This document shows, piece by piece, positions 1 through 10,427 of a stretch of DNA of 64,000 nucleotides. Position numbers and translations under genes: made by a program. Source of the stretch: an uncultured bacterium (GTDB lineage: Bacteria; Babelota; Babeliae; Babelales; Babelaceae). Location: contig CAWKFG010000001.1 in the NCBI GenBank assembly GCA_963848965.1, positions 352,001 through 416,000 of the forward strand. Reading direction: 5' to 3'. Position 1 is the stretch's first letter; every line of letters starts with the position of its first letter. The notes under the pieces were generated by a model that was not told the DNA's origin, did not search any database, and saw nothing but the letters and a program-made list of their open reading frames with translations.

Positions 1-145
1 CTATGATGCCTCATGGGGGACGTTCGGAATTTTATAAGCCGCATCTTGAGTGTAATCCCCAAAGATAAAGTAATTATAAAAAAGACCATTATATAAATGT
101 CGCAATCGCGTAGTGACTATATGCGAGGAATAATAAAGGAGATTA

Positions 146-1039
146 ATGATAAAATACATATTGTCTGCAGCAGCTTTTTTCTTTATAGCAGCTCTTAATG
201 GTATGGAAAAAGAAGCAGCTAGCTTTTTGGCACTGTTGCCAAGTGAGCTTGGGTGTCAGATTTCTGGTACTTTAATTTCTCAGGCAGTAAAGGATATTCG
301 CGATCTGCAGTTTAAGCTGGCTTCAGAACGACGGGACTCACTTATACCACCCCTATTTTTGAGTTTTAGTAAAATTGTTAATGACTACATCAAGAAATAT
401 TCTCCATTATTAAGTAATTCTGACTGTTTAGCATTCTTTATTGAGCAACTTTTTTCTGAGCTAGGATTCCGTAATTTGAGTCAAGAATTAAACCTTATTT
501 TATATGCTTTAAACCCGCCAACAACTTCCAGGAAACAGTATCCTCAGGCAAGCAGTTATGTATCTGACTGGCTGCAAGCAATCCCACATCCGGCTGTAGT
601 CAGATGGCTTCAAATAAGTTTGAACAATCCTGCCAATAAAAACACTGCTGAAAGTATTTTTTGGGAAAGTTTTTCTGTTTTTTTCGCGAATATGCCTGAA
701 TATAACGATCGTCTTGCGTTAATACTTAATGCGCTTTTACAAGCAGGTATTGATATCAATATAAAACGCAAAGAAGATGGCAATACGCCTTTAATGGTTG
801 CAGCTTCATTCTTTAATGCTCCTGTAGTACAATTTCTCCTTGCTCGTAAAGCAAATCCTCGTGAGCTTAATACAAAGGGTCAATCTGCACTTACTCTTGC
901 TCAAGAGTCTTATGAGAAACTTTTAAAGCCTGCAAAGTCTGTATTTTTCGGTACGGTAACTTTAGAAATTTCTCAAAAGAGATTGGATGATATTCGTGAG
1001 ACGATAAGACTTCTTACTCAAGCAAGTTCAAAGTCTTGA
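146..1039 (+). CDS. Secreted ankyrin-repeat protein with F-box-like N-terminal motif
   Basis: Signal peptide ending LNGME, LALLPSEL motif, ankyrin repeats (GNTPLMVAA, GQSALTLA); RBS AAGGAG. Confidence 0.8.
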   Translation: MIKYILSAAAFFFIAALNGMEKEAASFLALLPSELGCQISGTLISQAVKDIRDLQFKLASERRDSLIPPLFLSFSKIVNDYIKKYSPLLSNSDCLAFFIEQLFSELGFRNLSQELNLILYALNPPTTSRKQYPQASSYVSDWLQAIPHPAVVRWLQISLNNPANKNTAESIFWESFSVFFANMPEYNDRLALILNALLQAGIDINIKRKEDGNTPLMVAASFFNAPVVQFLLARKANPRELNTKGQSALTLAQESYEKLLKPAKSVFFGTVTLEISQKRLDDIRETIRLLTQASSKS

Positions 1040-1327
1040 TACCTAATTCTTTAAAAGAGCAAGTGAAAAGAAATTTGAACAGGCCAGTATTGGCCTGTTT
1101 CTTCCTTATCCTAGAGTATATAAAATACTTTACCAATAATGATTGGGAATACTTTTCATTATGCTTAGCTCTAGACCCCATAATTTTTAGGAAGAATCTC
1201 AAAAGATGCCTGTTTTATAGCGCAGATCCCTTATGAAATGCCTTTTGCTACTGGACAGATTGGTATTATATGCTAAAATAAAATTATCCCCGATTCGGTT
1301 TTATTAAGATTTTAAGAAGGTGTTTTC

Positions 1328-1669
1328 ATGGCGAATAAGAAAAATGAAGAAATAACATTTGCTCGATATGCGATTTTTCAGACAGGTGGTAAGCAGTACC
1401 AGGCACTTGAAGGAAAGACAATTGGTATTGAAAAGCTCGATGTAGCAGAGGGTGATTCAGTATCCTTTCAAGAGGTGCTCTTGAGAAAAACAGGTGATGG
1501 TGCTATAGAAGTAGGGCAACCGTACGTTAAGACTCCTGTAAAAGCAGTAGTCCTTAAGCACATTAAAGGGCCTAAAGTTATCGCTTTTAAGTTTAAGCGT
1601 CGTAAAAAGTATGCACGCAAGATAGGGCATAGACAGCCAATTACCGTTATTCGCATCGAAGCTATCTAA
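1328..1669 (+). CDS. rplU: 50S ribosomal protein L21
   Basis: YAIFQTGGKQY and KFKRRKKYARKIGHRQ signatures. Confidence 0.97.
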   Translation: MANKKNEEITFARYAIFQTGGKQYQALEGKTIGIEKLDVAEGDSVSFQEVLLRKTGDGAIEVGQPYVKTPVKAVVLKHIKGPKVIAFKFKRRKKYARKIGHRQPITVIRIEAI

Positions 1670-1688
1670 CTTCTCGCACGTAGCTTTT

Positions 1689-1716
1689 AAGGGCATGGTA
1701 TACATGCCCTTTTTTG
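1689..1716 (+). terminator. Rho-independent terminator of rplU
   Basis: AAGGGCATG-gtata-CATGCCCTT followed by a T tract. Confidence 0.85.
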
Positions 1717-1745
1717 CTGCTAATTCTCCTGTTATTGCCTACTCC

Positions 1746-2147
1746 TGCTAGCTAGGGGCTTAGCCCCTGTAACCCCAGCAAGGGCGCGCCCTTGCAACCC
1801 ACTTTGTCTGCTCAGAGCTACCGCTCTTCGCTCGTTCTTTTAAAGCAAAAAATCGTACCGATTTTTTGCAGTTGCACACCGCTACGCGAGTCTCCATCAG
1901 GGGAGGAACGCTCCCCTGCTGATGACACTCTGTTTACAGAACTATTGTTGGTATGAAATAACAAAGAATAAAACGTAAGTCAGCAACGGGCAACCAGGGA
2001 GTTCCCCTGGTTGCTTGACTTCGCGTAGCGACTGCTATTGTTAAAAAACGCTCAGCGTTTTTTAACGCAGAAAAAGAACAAAAGAAGTAAAAGGGTTCTA
2101 GGGCCTAAGGCCCTAGCAGGGTCCAGGGACAGCGTCCCTGGCTAGCA
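1746..2147. repeat. Non-coding element of two inverted ~170-180 bp multi-hairpin arms (MITE/PATE-like or ncRNA)
   Basis: Terminal TGCTAGC/GCTAGCA, CGCTACGCGA (1880-1889) versus TCGCGTAGCG (2021-2030), and four matching hairpins per arm. Confidence 0.75.
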
Positions 2148-2269
2148 ATGCCCCTAAAAGCATTAAAATAAAATTCAGTTATAATTAAAATAATAAGAAA
2201 TCTCTCGATTTGTGTCTACTATTTAGAGTAAGATAAAAATAGAGACATTTTATTTTGGGGGAACTGTGC

Positions 2270-4852
2270 ATGAAAGTGTACGTTATTCTTATTCTTTGTG
2301 CTTTCATCAATTTTTTTTCTTTAGAAGGGGCGAGTTCTACTGCTAATGCTGTTGTTATTGATAACAATAATAAGATACTTCTTGGCGGAATGATCTCAAA
2401 TGGCAGTGGTAACGACTTCTTGCTTGTTCGTTATAATCCAGATGGCTCCTTCGATACAACGTTTAATGCGCCTGGAATCCTTACTGGTAGACCGGGTGTA
2501 GTAATTACCGATATACGTGAAACGAATGACCAAATCAACTCAATTGTTATCGATAATAGTAATAGAATTGTCGTTGCAGGTTTTTCTAGTAATGGATTAA
2601 CGAATGATATTGCAGTTGCACGATACAATGATGATGGAAGTCTTGATACAACGTTTAATCCTGCGGGAGTAGGTTCTGGAGTTCCAGGTATAGTTATTAC
2701 TGATGTAAGTGGCTTTGACGATGCTGCCTATGCTGTAGTTATAGACAATAGTAATAGAATTGTCGTTGCAGGATCTACTAACAGCGGAGTAGCTACTTCT
2801 GTTGTAACACTACGCTATAACGATGATGGCAGTCTTGATACAACGTTTAATCCGGCGGGCATAAGTTCAGGAATTCCGGGTATAGTTATTACAACTGTTA
2901 CTGATGTTGATGATGAAGCTCGTGGAGTTGTTATAGATAATAATAACAAAATTGTCGTTGGCGGCTTTGCAAGAAGCTCTTCGGGATCCAGCTTTTTGGC
3001 TATACGTTATAATGATGATGGTACGTTAGATCCAACGTTTGCTACTCTTGGTATTTTTGTATTTGAGCGTAGCGCTAATGATAGAGCAAATGATATTGAT
3101 ATTGATAATAACAATAAAATTGTGCTGGCAGGAGTATCAAATGAAGGAACCAATAATGATTTTGCTTTAGTGCGTATAAATCCTGACGGAACATTAGATA
3201 CTACGTTTAACCCATTAGGACGTAATTCAGGGATACCCGGTATCGTTATGCAGGATGTTGGAGATAATAATGATACGGCAACTGGCCTTATTATTGATAA
3301 CAATAATAATCTTGTTACTACTGGTATTGCTCAAGTGAATACAAGTACAGTCTTTGCTACTATGCGTCATACAAATAGTGGTGATCTTGATATAACGTTT
3401 AATCCGGCTGGAACGCTTACTGGTATTCCAGGAATAGTTATTACTGAAATTATAGGGCTCGATCCTCTACTACCAGGTGAACGTGCTATTGCAGAATCTC
3501 ATGCTATAGCGCTTGATAATGAGAACAAAATAGTAGTAGCTGGTTTCTCTCAAGATATCCTTCAAAGAAATATAGTAACAGTACGATATAATAGTGATGG
3601 ATCGTTGGATACTACGCTTAATCCTGATGGGCGGCGTCCGGGAATACTCCTTTCTCTTTTAGTAGGACGAGGAATAGGCAGGCTTCCTATAGGATATCCG
3701 CAAGACGATCTATTGCCAGAGGCACTTGCTAGTTTAAGTCCTACACTTTTGCAGGAAGTAAGCTCGGGAGCTCCTATCTTTGCGATTCCAACTATTAGTG
3801 GAGAGAGCCCGCTTATTACGAGCTTAACTGATCCTGTGCTCACAGGAACTGCAAGTCCTAATGCGCTTATTACAGTCTTTAGTAACGATATTCAAGTAAC
3901 ACAGGTTTCTGCTGATGAGCAGGGGTTATGGAGAGCAGTGCTTCCTACGCTTACTGATGGTACCTATAATGTATATGTAGTTGCAGAAGATCCTCTTACT
4001 CGTTTTACGCTTGCATCTGATCGTACAGTTTTAGTAGTAGATACACATATGCCTACACCGCCGATTATTGAGAGTCCTGCACCTCATTCGTGGATAGATA
4101 CAACAGCTCCTGTTATACAAGGAACTGCAAAGCCAAGTTCGTTTATTACCTTGTTTCTTAATAATAGACGTATAACAACTGTTGTTGCTGATACTGAAGG
4201 ACGATGGACTTTTACCTCACCTGTGCTGCCAGAAGGAAAATATGCCTTATATGCCGTAAGTACTGATAGAGCTCGTAATAGAAGTGCTCGTTCTCAGGTA
4301 TATACGTTTACTATTGATACAGCTGCATTTAGAGCACCGCGTATTGTAAATCCGGTTGATAGGCTTGTTACAAATAGAAATAGACCAACAGTTACTGGTG
4401 AAGCTCGAGCAGATGCTGTAGTTACTATTGTATTAAATGGAAGGCAGATGGGGACAGTAAAAGCAAATGCTCGAGGAGGCTGGACATATACCTTTACAAC
4501 GCCACTAGCTGATGGAGATTATAGACTCTCTGCTACAATGCCGAGTCCTGCAGGTCCTACTCTTCTTACTTCTGCAATTACTACTTTTACTGTTGATACA
4601 GTACCGCCACGTCCTGCTATTATTTCTCAGATTTTAGAAGGAGGTCAAGCTTTGAGTGGTCTTGCAGAACCAGGAAGTACAGTAACGCTGTATTTAGATG
4701 GAGTATTGCTTGACCAAGTAGTTACGGATCCACGAGGAAGATGGGGCTATACACCACAAGACATCTCTGCAGGAACACATAGGCTTAGCATTACTGTTGC
4801 AGATAGAGCAGGAAATGTAAGTTCTATGGTAGAACGAACATTAGATTTATAA
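2270..4852 (+). CDS. Surface protein: delta-60 repeat beta-propeller plus bacterial Ig-like domains
   Basis: Repeated RYNxDGSLDTTFN / IDNNNKIVVAG units; C-terminal GTAxP...GxWxxT...DRAGN Ig-like repeats; signal peptide; ATG at 2270 preferred. Confidence 0.9.
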   Translation: MKVYVILILCAFINFFSLEGASSTANAVVIDNNNKILLGGMISNGSGNDFLLVRYNPDGSFDTTFNAPGILTGRPGVVITDIRETNDQINSIVIDNSNRIVVAGFSSNGLTNDIAVARYNDDGSLDTTFNPAGVGSGVPGIVITDVSGFDDAAYAVVIDNSNRIVVAGSTNSGVATSVVTLRYNDDGSLDTTFNPAGISSGIPGIVITTVTDVDDEARGVVIDNNNKIVVGGFARSSSGSSFLAIRYNDDGTLDPTFATLGIFVFERSANDRANDIDIDNNNKIVLAGVSNEGTNNDFALVRINPDGTLDTTFNPLGRNSGIPGIVMQDVGDNNDTATGLIIDNNNNLVTTGIAQVNTSTVFATMRHTNSGDLDITFNPAGTLTGIPGIVITEIIGLDPLLPGERAIAESHAIALDNENKIVVAGFSQDILQRNIVTVRYNSDGSLDTTLNPDGRRPGILLSLLVGRGIGRLPIGYPQDDLLPEALASLSPTLLQEVSSGAPIFAIPTISGESPLITSLTDPVLTGTASPNALITVFSNDIQVTQVSADEQGLWRAVLPTLTDGTYNVYVVAEDPLTRFTLASDRTVLVVDTHMPTPPIIESPAPHSWIDTTAPVIQGTAKPSSFITLFLNNRRITTVVADTEGRWTFTSPVLPEGKYALYAVSTDRARNRSARSQVYTFTIDTAAFRAPRIVNPVDRLVTNRNRPTVTGEARADAVVTIVLNGRQMGTVKANARGGWTYTFTTPLADGDYRLSATMPSPAGPTLLTSAITTFTVDTVPPRPAIISQILEGGQALSGLAEPGSTVTLYLDGVLLDQVVTDPRGRWGYTPQDISAGTHRLSITVADRAGNVSSMVERTLDL

Positions 4853-4865
4853 GAGGAAGAGCAAC

Positions 4866-5054
4866 ATGGACTATAGGCGAAAATATGTAATAAATGCTTT
4901 GTGTATAATCTTCTGTATTGTGCACATTATAGAAGCTCAGTATAAGCCAAATATTATTGTTATTATGGGTGACGATGTAGGGTGGTTTAACCTTGAAGGC
5001 ATTAAAGAGCAGCTTCAAAAAACCTTGCAAAATCAGTCAGGTCCTGGTCTATAG
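4866..5054 (+). pseudogene. Arylsulfatase N-terminal fragment
   Basis: Signal peptide plus KPNIIVIMGDDVGW sulfatase start motif, truncated at 62 aa. Confidence 0.75.
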
Positions 5055-5057
5055 ACT

Positions 5058-8000
5058 CTATTGTCGTGCATGATATAAATAGTGCATGAGTAGTAGTTCA
5101 GTTATGAGTGCAAAATGGCCTGCTATAATGGCCATAAAGCGCGCTGATGTTACTTCAAAACATGCTGCTATAGATACACTTGTTTCTATCTGTGTAGTAG
5201 TATAGTGGCCATCATTCTGTAATTTTTGTAAAGAAATTGCATAGTCGCAAAAGAATCTAAGGATCTGAATATAAAAGTAGTAGAGCCCTTGGCCTATGCC
5301 GTAAAGGCCATTTGTGTTGTAAAAATAGCTGTAGGCTTTTATGGGGCTGTTAAGAAAGTACGAAAGAAAATAATCCACAGTATGAGTAGAACTCAGCGTG
5401 TATAATGTCCCATCACAGCCGATAGAGTATGCTTGACGACCATTTGTCAGCTGCATCCCTAAAATTTGGGTTAAGCATACAAAAACATGGCCCGGCATAA
5501 GGTCGTTTATAACATGATTTGTGGTGCTGTTTGTCAAAGTAGCACTATAGTCACTTGTTGGTTCATCATGAGCACTTATATGATATTTTAGAAGTTCAGG
5601 AGTCCATCTAAAATGAATATCTTCTTGTGCAGTGTTGAGTAGAAAGCCATCGTAGGTGAGCGTATACTGTAACCATAACCAATACAAAAAGAAGCCACAT
5701 ACAGGCAAGAAAGCTGCACAGAGAAACTGAGCTATCTTCTTATTCGAACATTGAGCTCTTGTATTGGATTGTATGATGTCCAAATGTTTACCCAACAACT
5801 TTGCAATACCCATATGTATATCTTTTTTTAGATCTGTATATATATGCTTTAAAAACAATGCTTTTTCCTCTTGTGGTAATGCAGTAAGGTTAATCTCTTT
5901 GCTAAGAGAGATAAGGGTTTTCTTGGCCTCTAAATAGTTATCTGTGCTTATACATTGAGCTCTATTCTCGAGCCACTTTCTCATGCCGAGTTTTAATAGG
6001 TGTAAGAGAGTAGTAGCCTCTTTGATATTAAAAAGGAGATTAGCTTCTGGAATATGAGCAAACAGTTTAAGTACTTCTGAATCATTGTTAAAAATAGACT
6101 GTGCGAATGAAGTAAAAGATACGCGCGCTTGTTGTGCTAACGATTTACCTACTGTTGTAAGTAGATACCCTCTACTAGATTCCGGAAGGTTAGCTATATC
6201 AAGTGTAGCATTCCATTGACTAAGAGTTCTTTCAAGAGAGCCTCTTTCCTTTATATGCTCCAATGCTTCTCCATTTTTTTTGATCCATCCTTTTATGCCT
6301 GCTTGTAAAAGATCATAAGTACATGTGCCAGGCACAACAAAGCTCAATGCTGTTTTACGATCTTTGTTCATAAAGAGGGGATTTGCGCCTGCGCGAACAA
6401 GCAGCTCTAGAATATTATCGTGCTGGCGCTGTGCTGCATACGTGAGAGCAGTATAACCTGCAGTATCTTGTTTATCGACTTCTATACCTTGTGCAGCAAG
6501 AAGAGAATGGCATGCTTCTGTGCTATTATTATAGGCTGCTATCATTAAAGGAGTAAGCCCTTGAGAAGTTGTTTGATTTACGTGAACCTTTTCTGCTTCT
6601 AGTACTTCACTATTATTTTCATAAGCTGCCACCATTAAAGGAGTCCATCCTTGAACTGATATATTTCTCTGTTCTTTTTCTCTAATGAGAGAAACTTTTT
6701 TCTCAAGCTTTTGCTGTTGCTCTTCTTGAGCAAGCTCGAGAGGAAAAGTTTGTAATAAAGAACGTGTAGCTCCTTTTAAAGGCGCATAGTCAAGTACTCC
6801 TTTACCGCTACTATCTTTGGCGTTTATATCAGCACCTTTACTTAAGAGCAGTTTAATAGCTGCGCTATATTCTTCTTGTGCTGCGAGCATTAGTGCTGCT
6901 TGCCCTTGAGAATTTCTATAATGTATACAGTAAGGATAAAGTTCTAAAAGCTTTTCAATTAAAGAAGTTGCTTTATAACGTATAGCAGTATGTAAAAGTT
7001 CGCCTGCATGATGAGGCTGTAGTACTATAAGATTTCGTTCTAATAAGGTGATGAGTTGAGATGTATTTCTTTCTATCATACTCTGTACGGTTTTTATAGA
7101 GAGTTGTGGGTATGTGTTACCCATAGAAGTAATAGCTCTATGATGTATGTCACCATGGTCTTGCACTAACTGAAAACATCTTGTAAGGCAGCGTTCTAGA
7201 AAGTACTCTTTAATCTGCTGACTTTTAATAAGGGCCTCAAGAGTTGTGCGATCTTGTAGAGTAAGGGCAATAAGGAGTGCGTCATTGCCTTCATCATCTT
7301 CTTGAATATCTGGTACCTGTTCAAGCATTTGTAAAGCGGCAGTTCTTTTTCCTTTTTTGACTGCATAAAGAAATAAATTGGTACCTTGTTTGTCAATTCT
7401 CATAGTTTTAAACTCTTTACAAAGCTCTATTCCTCTCTGGTCTAAATGATCTTCCATAATTTGTTTTTTGAGAATTGTAAGCTTTTCTTGAGCTTGTACT
7501 TTCTTTTCTTGTTCTAAAGGTTCTTGAGCTGGCTTTATTCTCTTGAGAATAAGCTCCTTAATTTCTTGACATGTTGTTTTGTCTATATACTTATAAAGAG
7601 GGATTCCATGTATTTGTTGATAAAGATCTGCGTTTGCATTGAGTAAAAGCCTAATCATTTTGTGATCATTATTTTTAAGTGCATAATAGAGAGCTGTTTG
7701 ACCAAAAGCATCTAGTGCATTAAGAGAGGAAACACTAAGATGTAGCCTTGCTTTTAGAAGATTTTGCTGAGCAACATAATAGAGAAACTCATTTGCTTGA
7801 TGTTCTTTTATCCATAATTGTTTAAGAGTCGCGTATCTATCAAAACATTTTATTATATCGGTTAATTGCCTTTTCTGCGCAATAATAAAGGCAGTTTCGC
7901 CTTTATTGTTTCTTATAGTTTCATCTGAATATGGTAATAATGCTTCAAAGAGCAAAGGTTGATTATAAGATACAGCATGGATAAGTGCTGTATTGTTTTC

Positions 8001-9158
8001 AATATCCTGTAGAGCAGGATCGGCACCGTTTTCAAGGAGAAGTTCAATAACCGTTTTTGCGCCTTGTACTAACGTATCTGTAGTTGCATAGCATTTACAT
8101 GCCTGCATTAAGGGAGTAATACCATGTCTGTCCTGTCTATTGACTTCAGCTCCAGAAGATACTAGTACTCGAATGATTTCAATATATTTCGTAAGAGCTT
8201 GTTTATTATCTACTAAAGATATGTGTCCAAGAGCATGAGCTAAGGGGGTAATCCCTTCTTTGTTTGCTTTATTTATAAGGACAGAATTGGCAAGTTCCAG
8301 AACACATAAAACCTCTCCAGAGCTAATACCATAGTGTAAGGCGGTGTTACCATTTTTATCGTGGTCCAAAAGATGGCCATTGTGCTTAAGAAGAGCGCGA
8401 ACCACGCGCCATTGGCCTTTTTTTGCAGCATGTATCAAAGGCGTTAGCGCAATATCAGTGTTTATGTCTGTAGGTGACACTTTAGATTCTTGTTGAGAAG
8501 AAAGCTGTTGTGCCTGTTGCTTTGCAAGGCTTTCAAGATGAGCCATAAGAGGTTGTGATTTTTGTACTTGTGGATAAAGAGTAAGTATTTGTGGTACTGC
8601 AGTTTTGCAAGATGGTGTACATTGTACAAATATATATAAAGGAACCCTGTTTTCTGCTGTTATTAAAAGCTTATAGACAAGTTGGTTACCTCGTTGCTCT
8701 TTCTTGATAATGTGAGTTTTTCCGGTAGTAACAATGCCCTGTACATACCGTATTATATCTTCTGTAGCCCAATGATAAGGGAAAAAAGCCTTTGGTTTAG
8801 GTAGTAGAGTGCCTTTATAAATGATAAAGCCTTCATGAAAGTCATGTATGTTTTTTGAAGTAACTATCCAAAATTCTGGCGAAATTTTATAGACTGTGCC
8901 GTATCCAAGATCTTCTATGATAGGATCAAGAAGAGCACACCAGTGCAAGCCTAATATTCTTGCTGTATGATCTTTGGTGATACATTGGTAAGCACTAATG
9001 TGAGTGAGTACATCCTCTAATGATATATCATAATATTTGTTATCAAGCGAAAGAGAGATGGTGGTACTTTTTCCTTTTTCTTTCTCCATGCCAAAAGAAG
9101 AGAGAAAAAAGCACAACAAAAAACTTTGAAAGTATAAAAGTATAACATATGTACTCAC
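5058..9158 (-). CDS. Large ankyrin-repeat protein with N-terminal EndoU-like nuclease domain and C-terminal hydrophobic segments
   Basis: Signal peptide SFGME; HI...GLH...KAFFPYHW...ILTLYP; many ankyrin repeats; hydrophobic helices near the C-terminus. Confidence 0.8.
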   Translation of the reverse strand: MSTYVILLYFQSFLLCFFLSSFGMEKEKGKSTTISLSLDNKYYDISLEDVLTHISAYQCITKDHTARILGLHWCALLDPIIEDLGYGTVYKISPEFWIVTSKNIHDFHEGFIIYKGTLLPKPKAFFPYHWATEDIIRYVQGIVTTGKTHIIKKEQRGNQLVYKLLITAENRVPLYIFVQCTPSCKTAVPQILTLYPQVQKSQPLMAHLESLAKQQAQQLSSQQESKVSPTDINTDIALTPLIHAAKKGQWRVVRALLKHNGHLLDHDKNGNTALHYGISSGEVLCVLELANSVLINKANKEGITPLAHALGHISLVDNKQALTKYIEIIRVLVSSGAEVNRQDRHGITPLMQACKCYATTDTLVQGAKTVIELLLENGADPALQDIENNTALIHAVSYNQPLLFEALLPYSDETIRNNKGETAFIIAQKRQLTDIIKCFDRYATLKQLWIKEHQANEFLYYVAQQNLLKARLHLSVSSLNALDAFGQTALYYALKNNDHKMIRLLLNANADLYQQIHGIPLYKYIDKTTCQEIKELILKRIKPAQEPLEQEKKVQAQEKLTILKKQIMEDHLDQRGIELCKEFKTMRIDKQGTNLFLYAVKKGKRTAALQMLEQVPDIQEDDEGNDALLIALTLQDRTTLEALIKSQQIKEYFLERCLTRCFQLVQDHGDIHHRAITSMGNTYPQLSIKTVQSMIERNTSQLITLLERNLIVLQPHHAGELLHTAIRYKATSLIEKLLELYPYCIHYRNSQGQAALMLAAQEEYSAAIKLLLSKGADINAKDSSGKGVLDYAPLKGATRSLLQTFPLELAQEEQQQKLEKKVSLIREKEQRNISVQGWTPLMVAAYENNSEVLEAEKVHVNQTTSQGLTPLMIAAYNNSTEACHSLLAAQGIEVDKQDTAGYTALTYAAQRQHDNILELLVRAGANPLFMNKDRKTALSFVVPGTCTYDLLQAGIKGWIKKNGEALEHIKERGSLERTLSQWNATLDIANLPESSRGYLLTTVGKSLAQQARVSFTSFAQSIFNNDSEVLKLFAHIPEANLLFNIKEATTLLHLLKLGMRKWLENRAQCISTDNYLEAKKTLISLSKEINLTALPQEEKALFLKHIYTDLKKDIHMGIAKLLGKHLDIIQSNTRAQCSNKKIAQFLCAAFLPVCGFFLYWLWLQYTLTYDGFLLNTAQEDIHFRWTPELLKYHISAHDEPTSDYSATLTNSTTNHVINDLMPGHVFVCLTQILGMQLTNGRQAYSIGCDGTLYTLSSTHTVDYFLSYFLNSPIKAYSYFYNTNGLYGIGQGLYYFYIQILRFFCDYAISLQKLQNDGHYTTTQIETSVSIAACFEVTSARFMAIIAGHFALITELLLMHYLYHARQ

Positions 9159-9448
9159 AACTAGTTCCCCCCTTCATGAGATCGTTTTAACGACTTTTAT
9201 CTTTAAGCAAGATTTTAACGAAAATTGAGCGAGAATTTTCTATCGAACCCTTGCTAAGACTATAGCCGACAAGCGCCTTGAGCTACAAAAGCTAAAAAAG
9301 CTTTTCTTTCTTATGTTTGAGTATACTAATAAGTGACATAGAGGTCTAGAGCAGGAACTGTTCAAAGTAATGCTTATTGAGAGACCATAAGACTTGTCGA
9401 TAGAAGGTTAGAGACGTCTCAGTGAAATAGATGTAGTTTACGAAATTT

Positions 9449-10339
9449 CTATAATACTGCACATACTCTATAAGGGATGTGCGGCTGTTTGGGAATGATT
9501 AAGAGATCATTATTATCCATGATAGAAATGATAAAGTGATTGATTGCAATTTCATTAGCTATACTTCTTTGCTTATCTAAAAGTGTTAGAATAGAAGGAA
9601 GCTGCTTAATAAACGCTTCTTTAAGAAGAAAGTCATTATGCCCAGGGCTTGCGTTGTTGAGTAAAATCTCAGCTTGTATAATGTTTTTGTGTGGCTTAAA
9701 TATACGCTCTGAAAGCACAGGTATCCCATAGGAAAATCTCTGTGGATCACATATTTGAGCAAAGTCTGTAGCAGAATAGAGATGGTAGATTTTCTTAAAA
9801 AGAGGAGATGTTATATAAGTACAAGTGTTTTCTTGTACAGGACAGGATATTAATACAAGTCTGTCGACAGTAAAGGAGTAATTATTTTCTTCTTCTGCTA
9901 TTTTAGCAAGATAGAGAGCAATAGTAGCGCCATGACTATGTCCTATTATAGTGAGTGGCTCTTTGCAATGTTTACATATCCACTTATAAAGAGATCGTGC
10001 AGCTTCTAAACGAGCATTTATGGTAAGCTTACCAGACCATCCATAAAGGTAAAAAGAGTCAAGAGGAAATTCCTCTGGTGCTATAGTAGCTAATAAAGAT
10101 GCAATGCGGCCGAGTGTAGAGTATGTTGGTTGTTCTTTGGCATAACAGGCACCAGCAGGGCTGTATACACCATGATAATAATACGAGACGATCGGAAACA
10201 ATGTTCCATGAATAAGAATGGTACTGTTTTTAGAGGGAATTTGTTGAGAGGGAACCGTTTCTCTTTCCATTCCTTGTAAGCTTATAGATGCCACCAAAAG
10301 CATATAAAAAATAGACAGTATTTGCACCATAATTTTCAT
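9449..10339 (-). CDS. Secreted alpha/beta hydrolase
   Basis: LIHGT and GHSHG nucleophile elbow; signal peptide LQGME. Confidence 0.8.
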   Translation of the reverse strand: MKIMVQILSIFYMLLVASISLQGMERETVPSQQIPSKNSTILIHGTLFPIVSYYYHGVYSPAGACYAKEQPTYSTLGRIASLLATIAPEEFPLDSFYLYGWSGKLTINARLEAARSLYKWICKHCKEPLTIIGHSHGATIALYLAKIAEEENNYSFTVDRLVLISCPVQENTCTYITSPLFKKIYHLYSATDFAQICDPQRFSYGIPVLSERIFKPHKNIIQAEILLNNASPGHNDFLLKEAFIKQLPSILTLLDKQRSIANEIAINHFIISIMDNNDLLIIPKQPHIPYRVCAVL

Positions 10340-10427
10340 CTCTCGTAAAGGGTCTTATAGAGACTATACTACTATAAGAATAGGATACCTGCAAAGGCAA
10401 CAGAGATTACTCTGTATGATTACCTTC

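Noticed and set aside
1746..2147. Retron msr/msd or DGR template
   Set aside because: No reverse transcriptase in the window and no matching variable repeat
2370..3640. Nucleotide repeats in the large surface gene
   Set aside because: Explained by delta-60 protein repeats
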